Shown piece by piece: positions 1 through 8,519 of a DNA stretch of 64,000 bases. Within the stretch, counting starts at the first letter, position 1. Each line of letters starts with the position of its first letter. The DNA comes from a virus, in IMG/VR virus record IMGVR_UViG_3300014202_000478, positions 27,464 to 91,463 of that record; one strand, 5' to 3'. The notes beneath the pieces were generated by a model. That model ran no database searches, was not told the origin of the DNA, and saw only the letters and a list, made by a program, of their open reading frames with translations. Made by a program: the position numbers and the translations under genes.

Positions 1-274
1 TGAACTTAATGTTGGATTTCTTTTCCTGATCGGTCAAAGAACGCTTCGGAAACTTATCCTGATGACAAATGCCGCATTTAGGATTGCCGCAGTCCCACGC
101 ATCCTTTTTGCGGAATCTGCCTACCTGATCGTCACATGCGCAATCAACGACGTATGGATCAACCCCGATTTTGTCGGGGCGACCGCCACGATCCTTGTTG
201 CTGTCAACGTGTGACTTCCTATGAATCTTCCACTGACGATAGAATACGTTGTATTCTTCGTGCCATCTTTTCAT
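1..274 (-). CDS. hypothetical protein with Cys/His motifs (runs off window start)
   Basis: GGAGG-N5-ATG at 274; hand translation MKRWHEEYNVF...DCGNPKCGICHQDKFPKR is open to the window edge; not in ORF track. Confidence 0.75.
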   Translation of the reverse strand, partial: MKRWHEEYNVFYRQWKIHRKSHVDSNKDRGGRPDKIGVDPYVVDCACDDQVGRFRKKDAWDCGNPKCGICHQDKFPKRSLTDQEKKSNIKF

Positions 275-340
275 GAGAACCTCCGTAGTGAAAAAAGTAC
301 CTAATACTGAGTTCACTACTGCGAGTCTTAAATAACGTTC

Positions 341-877
341 TCATTTGACCACCTCTTTAACTTCTTTGTCTATATCAAACTCTTTCCTTCGATAAAGCAC
401 CGCCGCCTTATCGTTGTAACGATCTTTCTCTATATATAGACCGCCCCAATCCAGAGGCTCCCAATTATTTTTATGGAATGTGCTGTAATACACCGACAAA
501 TTAACTTTGCTGTATTTCTCCGCAATCGTCTTAATCTGTGGTAGTATGTAGGTGTTCAAGGCGCTCCGTAGAGCATATCTGATCCTAGCTGGAACCGAAT
601 AGACCGATATGTGCGTATCGTAGTCCATGATGGTTCCAGGTTCTCCCCATCGCTTAGCATACTTAGCATACGACAAAAGATTGATCTTGGTAAAAGAAAA
701 ATCTCGGAGTCTTCTGATTTTCTTGGGATTGCCTGGACTGTAACTATAAGTTAAAGCCAGACCATCTGTACTAAGAACAGAAGTTATGTCCGTAGTCTGG
801 AGAACATAACTTAAACCCTTCGGCAATTTGTTTTTAGATATTCGATCTTCGAATTTACAGACGTATAAATCACTCAT
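341..877 (-). CDS. hypothetical protein
   Basis: 178 aa ORF coupled to upstream ORF. Confidence 0.65.
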   Translation of the reverse strand: MSDLYVCKFEDRISKNKLPKGLSYVLQTTDITSVLSTDGLALTYSYSPGNPKKIRRLRDFSFTKINLLSYAKYAKRWGEPGTIMDYDTHISVYSVPARIRYALRSALNTYILPQIKTIAEKYSKVNLSVYYSTFHKNNWEPLDWGGLYIEKDRYNDKAAVLYRRKEFDIDKEVKEVVK

Positions 878-1409
878 ATTTCACTACTATTACATCAGGT
901 TTAATGTTATAAACACCACGATAAGCAATAATGTCTTCCGCAGTGATGCGGGGCCGAAGTTTAAACCAATCCGTGTGGTCAGTATCAGAGATATGATCCA
1001 CCGACAACTGGATTTCTTCGGTCTTTTGTGGGTGGTTATATCCTTCAAAGCGGTATTCCGCATCAAGGTATTTCCAACTGTTTTCCTGGCCAACTGTACC
1101 CTTGATAAACGTCACATTTTCAAGGACACAATAACCATAACTGGCCCAATATCCAAGCTGTCTCTTGTTAGATATACAGTCGGGTGCCGTCCACGTCTCC
1201 AAAGTCACCTTGTCGTACTTTTCGCCAATTAAATCCAGATGCTCAGGCAGTGGATTCCAAAAGCGAATGGCAACTCTGTTAGGATCGTCGTAAAACGGGT
1301 GCGATCCCTCAATGTCTGATGGCCTTGGGGACTTATACCAGTAGCAAGGAATAAGTTTATATTCCCCGCCAACTTCTATCCCAAAGAATCTACGGGTTGG
1401 GTGGGCCAT
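870..1409 (-). CDS. hypothetical protein
   Basis: Start moved to ATG 1409 (MAHPTRR), which overlaps the rplL stop as TAATG. Confidence 0.7.
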   Translation of the reverse strand: MAHPTRRFFGIEVGGEYKLIPCYWYKSPRPSDIEGSHPFYDDPNRVAIRFWNPLPEHLDLIGEKYDKVTLETWTAPDCISNKRQLGYWASYGYCVLENVTFIKGTVGQENSWKYLDAEYRFEGYNHPQKTEEIQLSVDHISDTDHTDWFKLRPRITAEDIIAYRGVYNIKPDVIVVKYE

Positions 1410-1801
1410 TACTTCATTGTGACTGTGCCGCCACAATCCTCCAAAAGTGCCTTCAATTTCTCAGCTTCCGCCTTTGGCATATTTTCCTTAACAGTCGCAG
1501 GGCAGGCATTAATTGCTGCCATTGCATCCTTCAAGCCAACACCTGTGGCTTCACGGTAGCTCTTAACCAACGAAATTTTCTTCGCCTGGTCATAGCTCTC
1601 CAAAACAAGTGTAAACTCAGTTTGTTCTGGAGCCTTTTCAACCTGCTTTTCCTTTGGCTGTTCTTGGATCGGTGGCGCACCGAATGGCTCGATGTTGTAA
1701 GTCTCTTTCAAGTAGGTGAGCAAGTCACCTGCTTTGGAAGGACTAAGAGCCGCAATCCTATCGCCAATTTCTACCACCGAAGCCGAATATTCTGCGCTCA
1801 T
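1409..1801 (-). CDS. rplL: 50S ribosomal protein bL12 (L7/L12)
   Basis: N-terminal dimerisation helices (EIGDRIAALS...LLTYLKETYNIEP); CTD KKISLVKSYREATGVGLKDA...KAEAEKLKALLEDCGGTVTMK; GAGG RBS before ATG 1801. Confidence 0.95.
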   Translation of the reverse strand: MSAEYSASVVEIGDRIAALSPSKAGDLLTYLKETYNIEPFGAPPIQEQPKEKQVEKAPEQTEFTLVLESYDQAKKISLVKSYREATGVGLKDAMAAINACPATVKENMPKAEAEKLKALLEDCGGTVTMK

Positions 1802-1949
1802 ATTAACCTCTTTCAAAAGAAAGCCCTACAAAGTAAATATAGCGTTAGCACTAACATTGCCAACGCTACTTTTGCTGCGTACCTACTGTATAATCCTATT
1901 AGCACACCATACAGTGCATAACAAATCATGAACAAATGTGCTAAGAATG

Positions 1950-2141
1950 CTACCATGCGCCGCGTTTTTCGTCTTCTGTTCTATAGTCCACCGATGGATA
2001 TTCCCGAAGGACTTTGCCACAATTCTGACATATCAAACAGTCGTGGCTAAAGCCGCCACTGCATTTATATTCTTTTACTGGAAAACAGTTATTGCAACAA
2101 CCCCAATTAGGTCTGTCCCAAAACTGCGGTAGTTGTTCCAT
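1950..2141 (-). CDS. small Cys-rich hypothetical protein (possible Zn ribbon)
   Basis: CCNNC, CSGGFSHDC, CQNC motifs; within minus-strand operon. Confidence 0.55.
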   Translation of the reverse strand: MEQLPQFWDRPNWGCCNNCFPVKEYKCSGGFSHDCLICQNCGKVLREYPSVDYRTEDEKRGAW

Positions 2142-2328
2142 TTGGCTCCTTTATAACAACAATCGGTTCTCGGCAAGTGTTAAGCTTCTTTTTAAGCTCG
2201 TCTGCTTTCTCATTCAACTCTTTATATAATTTTTCACTGCACATCAACCACTTCCACTCTTTGGTGTCTGCATCTTGCACGGGCACCATATAACGCTTCG
2301 GTCCCAATTGCTCACAGGTTAAGCCCAT
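2107..2328 (-). CDS. hypothetical protein
   Basis: 73 aa ORF in coupled minus-strand run. Confidence 0.55.
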   Translation of the reverse strand: MGLTCEQLGPKRYMVPVQDADTKEWKWLMCSEKLYKELNEKADELKKKLNTCREPIVVIKEPNGTTTAVLGQT

Positions 2329-2882
2329 GACAATCCCTTACCTTTTACGAGTAGATCATACAGGTTATTCACGAAAATGTCGAAATTCCCGTCCTTGCCA
2401 GGAATACCAACGTGAGTATGCATTTTACCCTTTGTGATGGTCGCTGTCCAGCCACCCCAATCTTCCTCAAAACCGATCTTTTCGCCCTTGTTAGCAAGTT
2501 CTATGATCTTCTCCAGAATGACTTTGCACTTCTCTTCAATTGTCACTTGGACACCGTGTTTCTCTTTAGCTAACAAATATTCCGTGTCCGTACAGCCAGG
2601 GTCACGAATTAAACAGACACAGCTAATTTGGGGAGGTTCGCTCCAAGTTATGCTAATCTTGGGAACATCAGGACACGTCACGCTAATCGTGAAGGGCGGT
2701 AAGTCCTTGCTTATTGGCGTTCCACAAATTATTGGTGGAAAGTTAATGTCACAAGGCGGAAAGCTTATAAACTGTGGAATGTTTGGTGTCGTGAACGCAA
2801 GAGGCGGAAAACAAATATCATGTGTTCCGCTGGGTATATTGCCAACATCTTCTAAATTAATCTTGCTTGGTATTTCCATCAC
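2319..2882 (-). CDS. hypothetical protein, Pro/Cys-rich N-terminus
   Basis: 187 aa ORF. Confidence 0.6.
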   Translation of the reverse strand: MMEIPSKINLEDVGNIPSGTHDICFPPLAFTTPNIPQFISFPPCDINFPPIICGTPISKDLPPFTISVTCPDVPKISITWSEPPQISCVCLIRDPGCTDTEYLLAKEKHGVQVTIEEKCKVILEKIIELANKGEKIGFEEDWGGWTATITKGKMHTHVGIPGKDGNFDIFVNNLYDLLVKGKGLSWA

Positions 2883-3198
2883 ATTTCCTTATAAATTGAA
2901 CTATATCTTCCACTATATGATTATTTTTTCTATCGTCGTCAATAGTTATACTAATCTCTTTGGAATCCTTGTCTAGTATGACGTAGATCATCGTCTCGTC
3001 ATTTGCTTCAGACCAACCTTCTTCATCCCATGCAATCTTAGCAGCTTCGTCTTTGTATAGGAATAAGTCGATGCTGCCGTTTGAAGAAAAAAGCTCATGC
3101 ACCATATTCGGCCAATGGTCTTGAACCAATAATCTAATTAGATTTTCAGCTATTGGGATTGAGCTTGTAAGTAGCGTATCAGAACCATGAATTTCCAT
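2857..3198 (-). CDS. hypothetical acidic protein
   Basis: 113 aa ORF; TATATA just upstream of ATG. Confidence 0.65.
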   Translation of the reverse strand: MEIHGSDTLLTSSIPIAENLIRLLVQDHWPNMVHELFSSNGSIDLFLYKDEAAKIAWDEEGWSEANDETMIYVILDKDSKEISITIDDDRKNNHIVEDIVQFIRKCDGNTKQD

Positions 3199-3210
3199 TC
3201 TATATATTAG

Positions 3211-3471
3211 TTATTTCTTCTCTCGTATTGAAAGTTCTTTTTCAAAATCTTCAATGCACCTGACTATCTTTTGCATTCGTTCTTTGTAGACTCTGGCTTC
3301 TTCCGCGTTATTGATTTCAACAGTAACAGAAGACCCAGCATTCGCATGTCGTATTTTCAACTTCACCGTGTTATTACTGCTTACATAAGTAGTAATTTCT
3401 TCCTGTGGTGCCGTGCAACCAATCAGAACGAACAGGCTAAGGGAAAGCAAAATGCCAGTAAGTTTTTTCAT
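3211..3471 (-). CDS. putative lipoprotein
   Basis: AGGAG RBS then MKKLTGILLSLSLFVLIGC: signal peptide with lipobox. Confidence 0.7.
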   Translation of the reverse strand: MKKLTGILLSLSLFVLIGCTAPQEEITTYVSSNNTVKLKIRHANAGSSVTVEINNAEEARVYKERMQKIVRCIEDFEKELSIREKK

Positions 3472-3490
3472 GATTATACTCCTATAGGTT

Positions 3491-3685
3491 ATGCAAAAAC
3501 TTATTACTCGTATATGTTGGACAAGGCATGGCGTCGATCTTTTTACCGATGAAATTAACAATTATTTGGATGAAGGCTGGAATATCTCTGCTCTTAACAT
3601 CGAGAAAAAGGGTCTAAGGTTTGTGTGCTTTGCAATATTAGTTGATCTTCCACTAGAGCCTGGTCTTGAAATAGCGGGCGAATAG
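3491..3685 (+). CDS. small hypothetical protein
   Basis: 64 aa ORF with protein-like composition (FTDEINNYLDEGW). Confidence 0.5.
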   Translation: MQKLITRICWTRHGVDLFTDEINNYLDEGWNISALNIEKKGLRFVCFAILVDLPLEPGLEIAGE

Positions 3686-3914
3686 CATCCTTCATTAACT
3701 CCCAGGTTTCATAGTCGGGCACACAACCACCGTCAATAAACATTGCGGCAATTGCTGGGTCTTTATATTTAAACCCACCAATGGTGAAGCTCCACTCTTT
3801 GTTATCGAAACACTGCCAGCATCGGATTTTGCGGCCTTCTACCCATAAATCCAATGAAGAAACAGGCTCTCGATTTACAATTGTTGTTGATCTACAGATG
3901 ACTGTGACGTGCAT
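3594..3914 (-). CDS. hypothetical protein
   Basis: GGAG RBS before ATG 3914; the track's longer start runs through a tRNA. Confidence 0.6.
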   Translation of the reverse strand: MHVTVICRSTTIVNREPVSSLDLWVEGRKIRCWQCFDNKEWSFTIGGFKYKDPAIAAMFIDGGCVPDYETWELMKDAIRPLFQDQALVEDQLILQSTQTLDPFSRC

Positions 3915-3926
3915 CAAAGACTCCAG

Positions 3927-4010
3927 TGGCCGAGGCGAGACTTGAACTCGCACGCCCTTACGGGCACTAGCTCCTAAGGCTAGCGTGTATGCCAATTTCA
4001 CCACTCGGCC
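3927..4010 (-). tRNA. tRNA-Leu(UAG), class II
   Basis: GGCCGAG/CTCGGCC acceptor, CTAGC-CT TAG GA-GCTAG anticodon arm, long variable arm, GTTCAAGTC T loop. Confidence 0.95.
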
Positions 4011-4108
4011 TATTTCCCAAAAACTGATTTCACTACTTCTACTAGGAATCTCCAATAGAGTGTTGCTTTAATTGCGGCGGTGAAAATCCATCTTCTTACT
4101 GTATCCAT
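4010..4108 (-). CDS. small hydrophobic/basic peptide (32 aa)
   Basis: TAAATA-N4-ATG; MDTVRRWIFTAAIKATLYWRFLVEVVKSVFGK; stop overlaps tRNA 5' G. Confidence 0.5.
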   Translation of the reverse strand: MDTVRRWIFTAAIKATLYWRFLVEVVKSVFGK

Positions 4109-4135
4109 ACTTTATTTAGTAATCCACACCAATTT

Positions 4136-4732
4136 TTACGAAGGCAATGGACTAAAAGCAACCGTGATTGTGTCGTTAGCACAAGGTCCACAAGCACAGG
4201 TTCCAGTTTGGCTAAATATAATTGCCGCCGTACCCGTCATGGTATCACAGTCTAATGGAAAATTCAAGTGGTTTCCGTCAACACAGGTGAACCCTATTTC
4301 GTTTTTTAAGGCAAGATAGCACACCCAATTACTGCCCGAACAGTATAGTTCAGCATGAAAAGTGACGCAATCACAGATTCCAGGGTAATCAAATTCATAT
4401 TTTTGATTTGCGACGTTCCACGGCAAAATATAAGCTTCATTGACTAAGCAACTACAACCTGCATTGGTATCGCTAATAGTCAACAACATCACGCTCGGCA
4501 GACATTGTGAACAACAAGGCTGTACTATTAGGCACAGGTTTGGAATTATTGATTCAGCATCATCTAATTGTAAGAAAGTTATAAAACAACACCCATCTAC
4601 CCAAATCTGGATAGGATACTGAACATCCAATGGATCGTAATGTAATATGCCTTCGTAGATTTGCCCTGTATAATCAACAATCGCTACGTTTTGACCATTA
4701 TATAATTCTAATTGTTCAGGAGTAACACCCAT
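4136..4732 (-). CDS. Cys-rich hypothetical protein, possibly virion-associated
   Basis: 198 aa with many Cys (PCCSQC, CDC, CACGPC). Confidence 0.65.
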   Translation of the reverse strand: MGVTPEQLELYNGQNVAIVDYTGQIYEGILHYDPLDVQYPIQIWVDGCCFITFLQLDDAESIIPNLCLIVQPCCSQCLPSVMLLTISDTNAGCSCLVNEAYILPWNVANQKYEFDYPGICDCVTFHAELYCSGSNWVCYLALKNEIGFTCVDGNHLNFPLDCDTMTGTAAIIFSQTGTCACGPCANDTITVAFSPLPS

Positions 4733-4739
4733 ATATGCC

Positions 4740-5540
4740 TTATGCTTGCTGTGGCTGCATCATTTGTTGTTGCGGCTGCTGTCCTAATCCCGTCACGCCT
4801 TGCCAACCTTGCTGCTGTTGTTGTTCCTGTGCTTTCCTCTTAACTACCTTGCTGGAAATAATGTTTAACGCCTTTATCACTTGCCAAAAACCTTGACGTA
4901 TAATATGTCCGTCTTCAGTTATAAACAATGGCACGCTAAACCTTTTAGCCAGGTATTCACTGTCAGCTATTGGGACTTCTCTATCATTAATACCATGAAC
5001 GATAATACTTTCAGGGTTCAAATGATTAGGTTGAACGTGGAATATCTTCCATGCTGGGCACAGAAGCAACATCGGAACTTCAGGGTGTTCTGCCGCTAAA
5101 GACAATGCAATAGCTCCACCTTGACTGCTGCCAATGATTATATCAGGAGTTCCATCTACTTTATTACGATACAATTCTTTGTTTTTCTCAATATGAGCCT
5201 GCCCAAAGTTTTGCAATGCTTTAGGGACGTTGAATCCATGAGCCAATCTACCAGCACCAGCAGCGAATATGTTAGCCTTGGTGTTGACTGTCTTGATATT
5301 ATACCCTAATGGCTTTAATAACGCCCCGTAGTTACCAGTTCCAGGTATACGTCCACTCCACATACCTGTAATCCAGACAATGTTTAGATCGCTTACACTC
5401 GGCGCAGACGCAGCGAAGCTCCTGATGGGGTCTTTTGGCGCAACCAATCCTTGCTTTCGCATCGCAAGGTGGTACGGGTTCTGTCCTTGCAATTTAGCTA
5501 TATCAGCAACTTGGGCTTCGAAAAACTCCTTAAAGTTCAT
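4740..5540 (-). CDS. alpha/beta hydrolase with capsid-targeting-like N-terminus and Gln-rich tail
   Basis: GSSQGG nucleophile elbow, HGINDREVP (Asp), EDGH (His); starts MNFKEFFEA. Confidence 0.8.
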   Translation of the reverse strand: MNFKEFFEAQVADIAKLQGQNPYHLAMRKQGLVAPKDPIRSFAASAPSVSDLNIVWITGMWSGRIPGTGNYGALLKPLGYNIKTVNTKANIFAAGAGRLAHGFNVPKALQNFGQAHIEKNKELYRNKVDGTPDIIIGSSQGGAIALSLAAEHPEVPMLLLCPAWKIFHVQPNHLNPESIIVHGINDREVPIADSEYLAKRFSVPLFITEDGHIIRQGFWQVIKALNIISSKVVKRKAQEQQQQQGWQGVTGLGQQPQQQMMQPQQA

Positions 5541-5730
5541 GCTAACCATACTGTAGTTAGTTTAGCTACAACTAATTTTGCGGGCGAATTGCAATTGTAC
5601 CAAGATGGGTAGAGGAAGCCCCGCCCCCGCTTATTCTAGCCAAGAATAAAGAGGTCGCTTACCAAACGAAAGAAAGCTAGTAAACTGATGGTAGGCGGTA
5701 AAAGATGCACCAGAAGCACTATATAACTCC

Positions 5731-6480
5731 ATGAATTTCAGACAATGGACAGAAGCGGCTGCTGAGTATAATCCCTACGCCTTTCATGCTATCATTCTAG
5801 CTGGCGGGCCTGGAAGTGGTAAAAGCCGTGTAGGACGCACAATCGCTGGTGCTTTCGGCTTCAATATCTCTGATAGTGACCGCCTTCTTGAACTAATGGC
5901 AGCCCATAGAAAAGAAGAATATCTGCTGGGTTTAACCAGCGGTCAGCCAGGTTACGACCAGAAAATGTCCAATACCAACAAAGCGGTAGAACTAAACGTA
6001 AAAAGAACCGCTCTGTGGCGACAGCAAGGAATACCTTACATTGTTGACATAACTGGAAGAGACGTTGGCTTAGTCTCCAAGATTAAAGAAGAACTAGAAC
6101 AAGAAGGATACGACGTATTCATGGTCTTCATTAATACTCCCCTTGAAACCGCCCGAAAAAGAAACAAGGGAAGAAGTAGAATCGTGGATGATGATTTTTT
6201 GGTAGATGCTTGGAACAAATCGAGAAAGTCTATTAGTGCCTATATCAACATCTTTGGTAAGAAGTTCTTGATGATAGACAATGACGATGATATTAATAAT
6301 CGAGCTTCTCTGCCAGCAGTTGAAGCAAGAATCCCAAGGATGATGACTCATCTGCTTACCCCAAATCAAATAGAGAACCCAATCGGGGAAAAAAAGCTCC
6401 AAGACATGAAGGGCAAACCGATTAACCAAATCTCGACAGACAAACCATTACCGCAGGTGGCCAATGTTGGACTATATTAA
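5731..6480 (+). CDS. P-loop kinase (zeta-toxin/AAA_33-like)
   Basis: LAGGPGSGKS Walker A, VDITG, FINTPLETARKRNKGRSR; starts MNFRQWTE. Confidence 0.8.
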   Translation: MNFRQWTEAAAEYNPYAFHAIILAGGPGSGKSRVGRTIAGAFGFNISDSDRLLELMAAHRKEEYLLGLTSGQPGYDQKMSNTNKAVELNVKRTALWRQQGIPYIVDITGRDVGLVSKIKEELEQEGYDVFMVFINTPLETARKRNKGRSRIVDDDFLVDAWNKSRKSISAYINIFGKKFLMIDNDDDINNRASLPAVEARIPRMMTHLLTPNQIENPIGEKKLQDMKGKPINQISTDKPLPQVANVGLY

Positions 6481-6691
6481 AAACAGAATCAAAGCTAGGA
6501 AATGGTTTAAGGATGTAGTTGAATCCAAATTGACTCCTGACTGTAACCGCGATGAAGTAGAAAATAAAGCACTAGAATGCGAATTTTATTTCTATCTCAA
6601 AGAAGGTCTGCTGTACTATAAGGCACATGATGATACTATCCCGTGCGTTATAGATGAATCAACTTGTCGTTGTAAAATCTGTGGTCTATAA
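6464..6691 (+). CDS. hypothetical protein
   Basis: 75 aa ORF overlapping upstream stop. Confidence 0.5.
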   Translation: MLDYIKNRIKARKWFKDVVESKLTPDCNRDEVENKALECEFYFYLKEGLLYYKAHDDTIPCVIDESTCRCKICGL

Positions 6692-6717
6692 ACAATTGAA
6701 TTGAAAGAGGTTCAATC

Positions 6718-7080
6718 ATGTGGATGTTCACGAAGTACGGGTTCTTCGCTTCTGCCAACGCACGTCAGGGCGAGGGAGAGCCTTGGCAACCCGTCGATAA
6801 GGACCGCATCGCGGTCAGGGCACGGGATAAGCAACACCTTGCTAATCTCGCGGGACGATTCCCAGCGTTGGCCAGCGTGCCGATTCACGATGACACGCTT
6901 GCAGACTATCGTTATAGGATTTTTATTCCCAAAACACAATGGGCAGAGATTGTTTCTGAACTTGCCGATGAAATGGATTATGACCGCTTTAAGCCTTCCG
7001 TAATCCCATTTGAAGGCGACAAGGACTATAAGCATACTCTTCTCGACGTTTGGAGCCTGATGTATGCTACTCAAAAGTGA
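6718..7080 (+). CDS. conserved phage hypothetical protein
   Basis: GAGG RBS; MWMFTKYGFF...VRAR...DYRYRIFI pattern recalled from phage proteins. Confidence 0.75.
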   Translation: MWMFTKYGFFASANARQGEGEPWQPVDKDRIAVRARDKQHLANLAGRFPALASVPIHDDTLADYRYRIFIPKTQWAEIVSELADEMDYDRFKPSVIPFEGDKDYKHTLLDVWSLMYATQK

Positions 7081-7552
7081 TCCAATCAAGAAAAAAGAAG
7101 CTAAAGTCCTGTTTTTGCACGGGTTGTTCTCAAACGGAGAACAAAGCTGTAAGTGTCATTCAATGCGTTGTGACGGCTATGAAGTAACCGCGCCGCCTCT
7201 CAATAACTGGTTTTTGTCTTGGGCTATAAGCTCAGTAAATCTCAACAGAATTAAACCAAATGTTATTGTTGGATCGTCCAGAGGTGGTGCGGTTGCTTTA
7301 AGCCTGAAAACCAAGCTGCCGCTTATCCTGCTCGCTCCCGCCTGGAAGTATTATGGTGTTAAATCCAAATTTACGAACAGATGCGTCGTGATTCATGGTG
7401 TTAAAGACACCCTGATCCCATATCAAGATAGCATTGAGCTAGTAAATAAGAATCCAAATGCCGAACTACTTCTAGTTGACGATGACCACAGGCTAAATTC
7501 TATTTTCACCCACAGGTGGCTAATTAAGAAACTTGCTGAAGTAACCACTTGA
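7064..7552 (+). CDS. alpha/beta hydrolase (YqiA/UPF0227-like)
   Basis: LFLHG, GSSRGG, LLAPA, HGVKDTLIP, DDDHRL catalytic motifs. Confidence 0.85.
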   Translation: MLLKSDPIKKKEAKVLFLHGLFSNGEQSCKCHSMRCDGYEVTAPPLNNWFLSWAISSVNLNRIKPNVIVGSSRGGAVALSLKTKLPLILLAPAWKYYGVKSKFTNRCVVIHGVKDTLIPYQDSIELVNKNPNAELLLVDDDHRLNSIFTHRWLIKKLAEVTT

Positions 7553-8501
7553 CGCCTTCTTGCCCCAATGGTGGTGCATTTGGCATCTTACTCTGAAGAG
7601 TCTTGTTGACCATATTCACCACCATTGGTGGCAAATCGCCGCTCGTATGAGCATATTGAGCAATCATTGGCTTCATCATCGGGTTGGCCATTACACCCTG
7701 ACCCAAAGCATTCTGAAGCTGTTTCTGCCACAAATGCTTATTCGCGTAGATGTATTTATCTCTTAGTCCAGAACCACTTAGATTGAACTTAAATGCTCCT
7801 GTTTCTGGATTGTAACCCTGCCACTGTCCACTTCCTTGTGCCAAATTGCTCTTAGATATTAAGTCATAAAGCATCGGCATGACCTCTTTAGGCGGCTGAG
7901 CAATATTCATCTGCGGCGACGGAACTGCACCCTTCTGATGTAGTTTTGGCATCAGTTTCTGTGAAGAATCCAACATGTCTTTTAGCTCTTTATCGACACC
8001 CAAGAAGATTTGCAAACCCTGCTGATCCGCTTCGTGGGTTAAATGTGCCATTGCGGTCATTTTTGGCATTTTTGCTTGGCCGTAACTACCAGTTATCTTA
8101 ACCCCGTCATCTTTTATTCTATAGGTAATTCCACCTACGTTACTTAATAACGTGGGATTGCTCTTTAGCAGACTGTTTATGGTAGCTTCGACGTTCCCAC
8201 CATTGTTTTGAAGCTCTTGGTTGACGACATTCAATTCTTGTTCCGTTGGGAAAGTCCCATAGAAAGTCCAGGCTGGCGCTCTAGTACCACCAGATGCTGG
8301 CCGTGTCCACTCGCCGTGGGACCAGGAGGTAGCATTAGGGTCTTTATTATCTTTTTGGGCTATTGGGTCGTATGCTGATCGGTAAGCCATATACATAGCA
8401 GCTTCCATTGCTGGGTTTGAAAAAATTTGCTTGCCCGTCATTTTTTGAATTTGGGTTTCTCCAATTTCTTTTAACACTAACCAGTCCTGAAATCTTTGCA
8501 T
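7524..8501 (-). CDS. hypothetical protein, putative capsid-internal protein
   Basis: 325 aa; starts MQRFQDWLVLKE; divergent from next gene across a TATATATA element. Confidence 0.75.
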   Translation of the reverse strand: MQRFQDWLVLKEIGETQIQKMTGKQIFSNPAMEAAMYMAYRSAYDPIAQKDNKDPNATSWSHGEWTRPASGGTRAPAWTFYGTFPTEQELNVVNQELQNNGGNVEATINSLLKSNPTLLSNVGGITYRIKDDGVKITGSYGQAKMPKMTAMAHLTHEADQQGLQIFLGVDKELKDMLDSSQKLMPKLHQKGAVPSPQMNIAQPPKEVMPMLYDLISKSNLAQGSGQWQGYNPETGAFKFNLSGSGLRDKYIYANKHLWQKQLQNALGQGVMANPMMKPMIAQYAHTSGDLPPMVVNMVNKTLQSKMPNAPPLGQEGVKWLLQQVS

Positions 8502-8519
8502 AAACTATATATATTTTAC
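8502..8519. promoter_or_regulatory. bidirectional late-promoter-like TATATATA between two ATGs 18 bp apart
   Basis: aaactatatatattttac separates ATG 8501(-) and ATG 8520(+); no room for a Shine-Dalgarno on either side. Confidence 0.6.

Noticed and set aside
5664-5692. Hammerhead ribozyme (CGAAA and CTGATG nearby)
   Set aside because: Core is CTGATGG rather than CTGATGA, and stems II and III cannot be formed.
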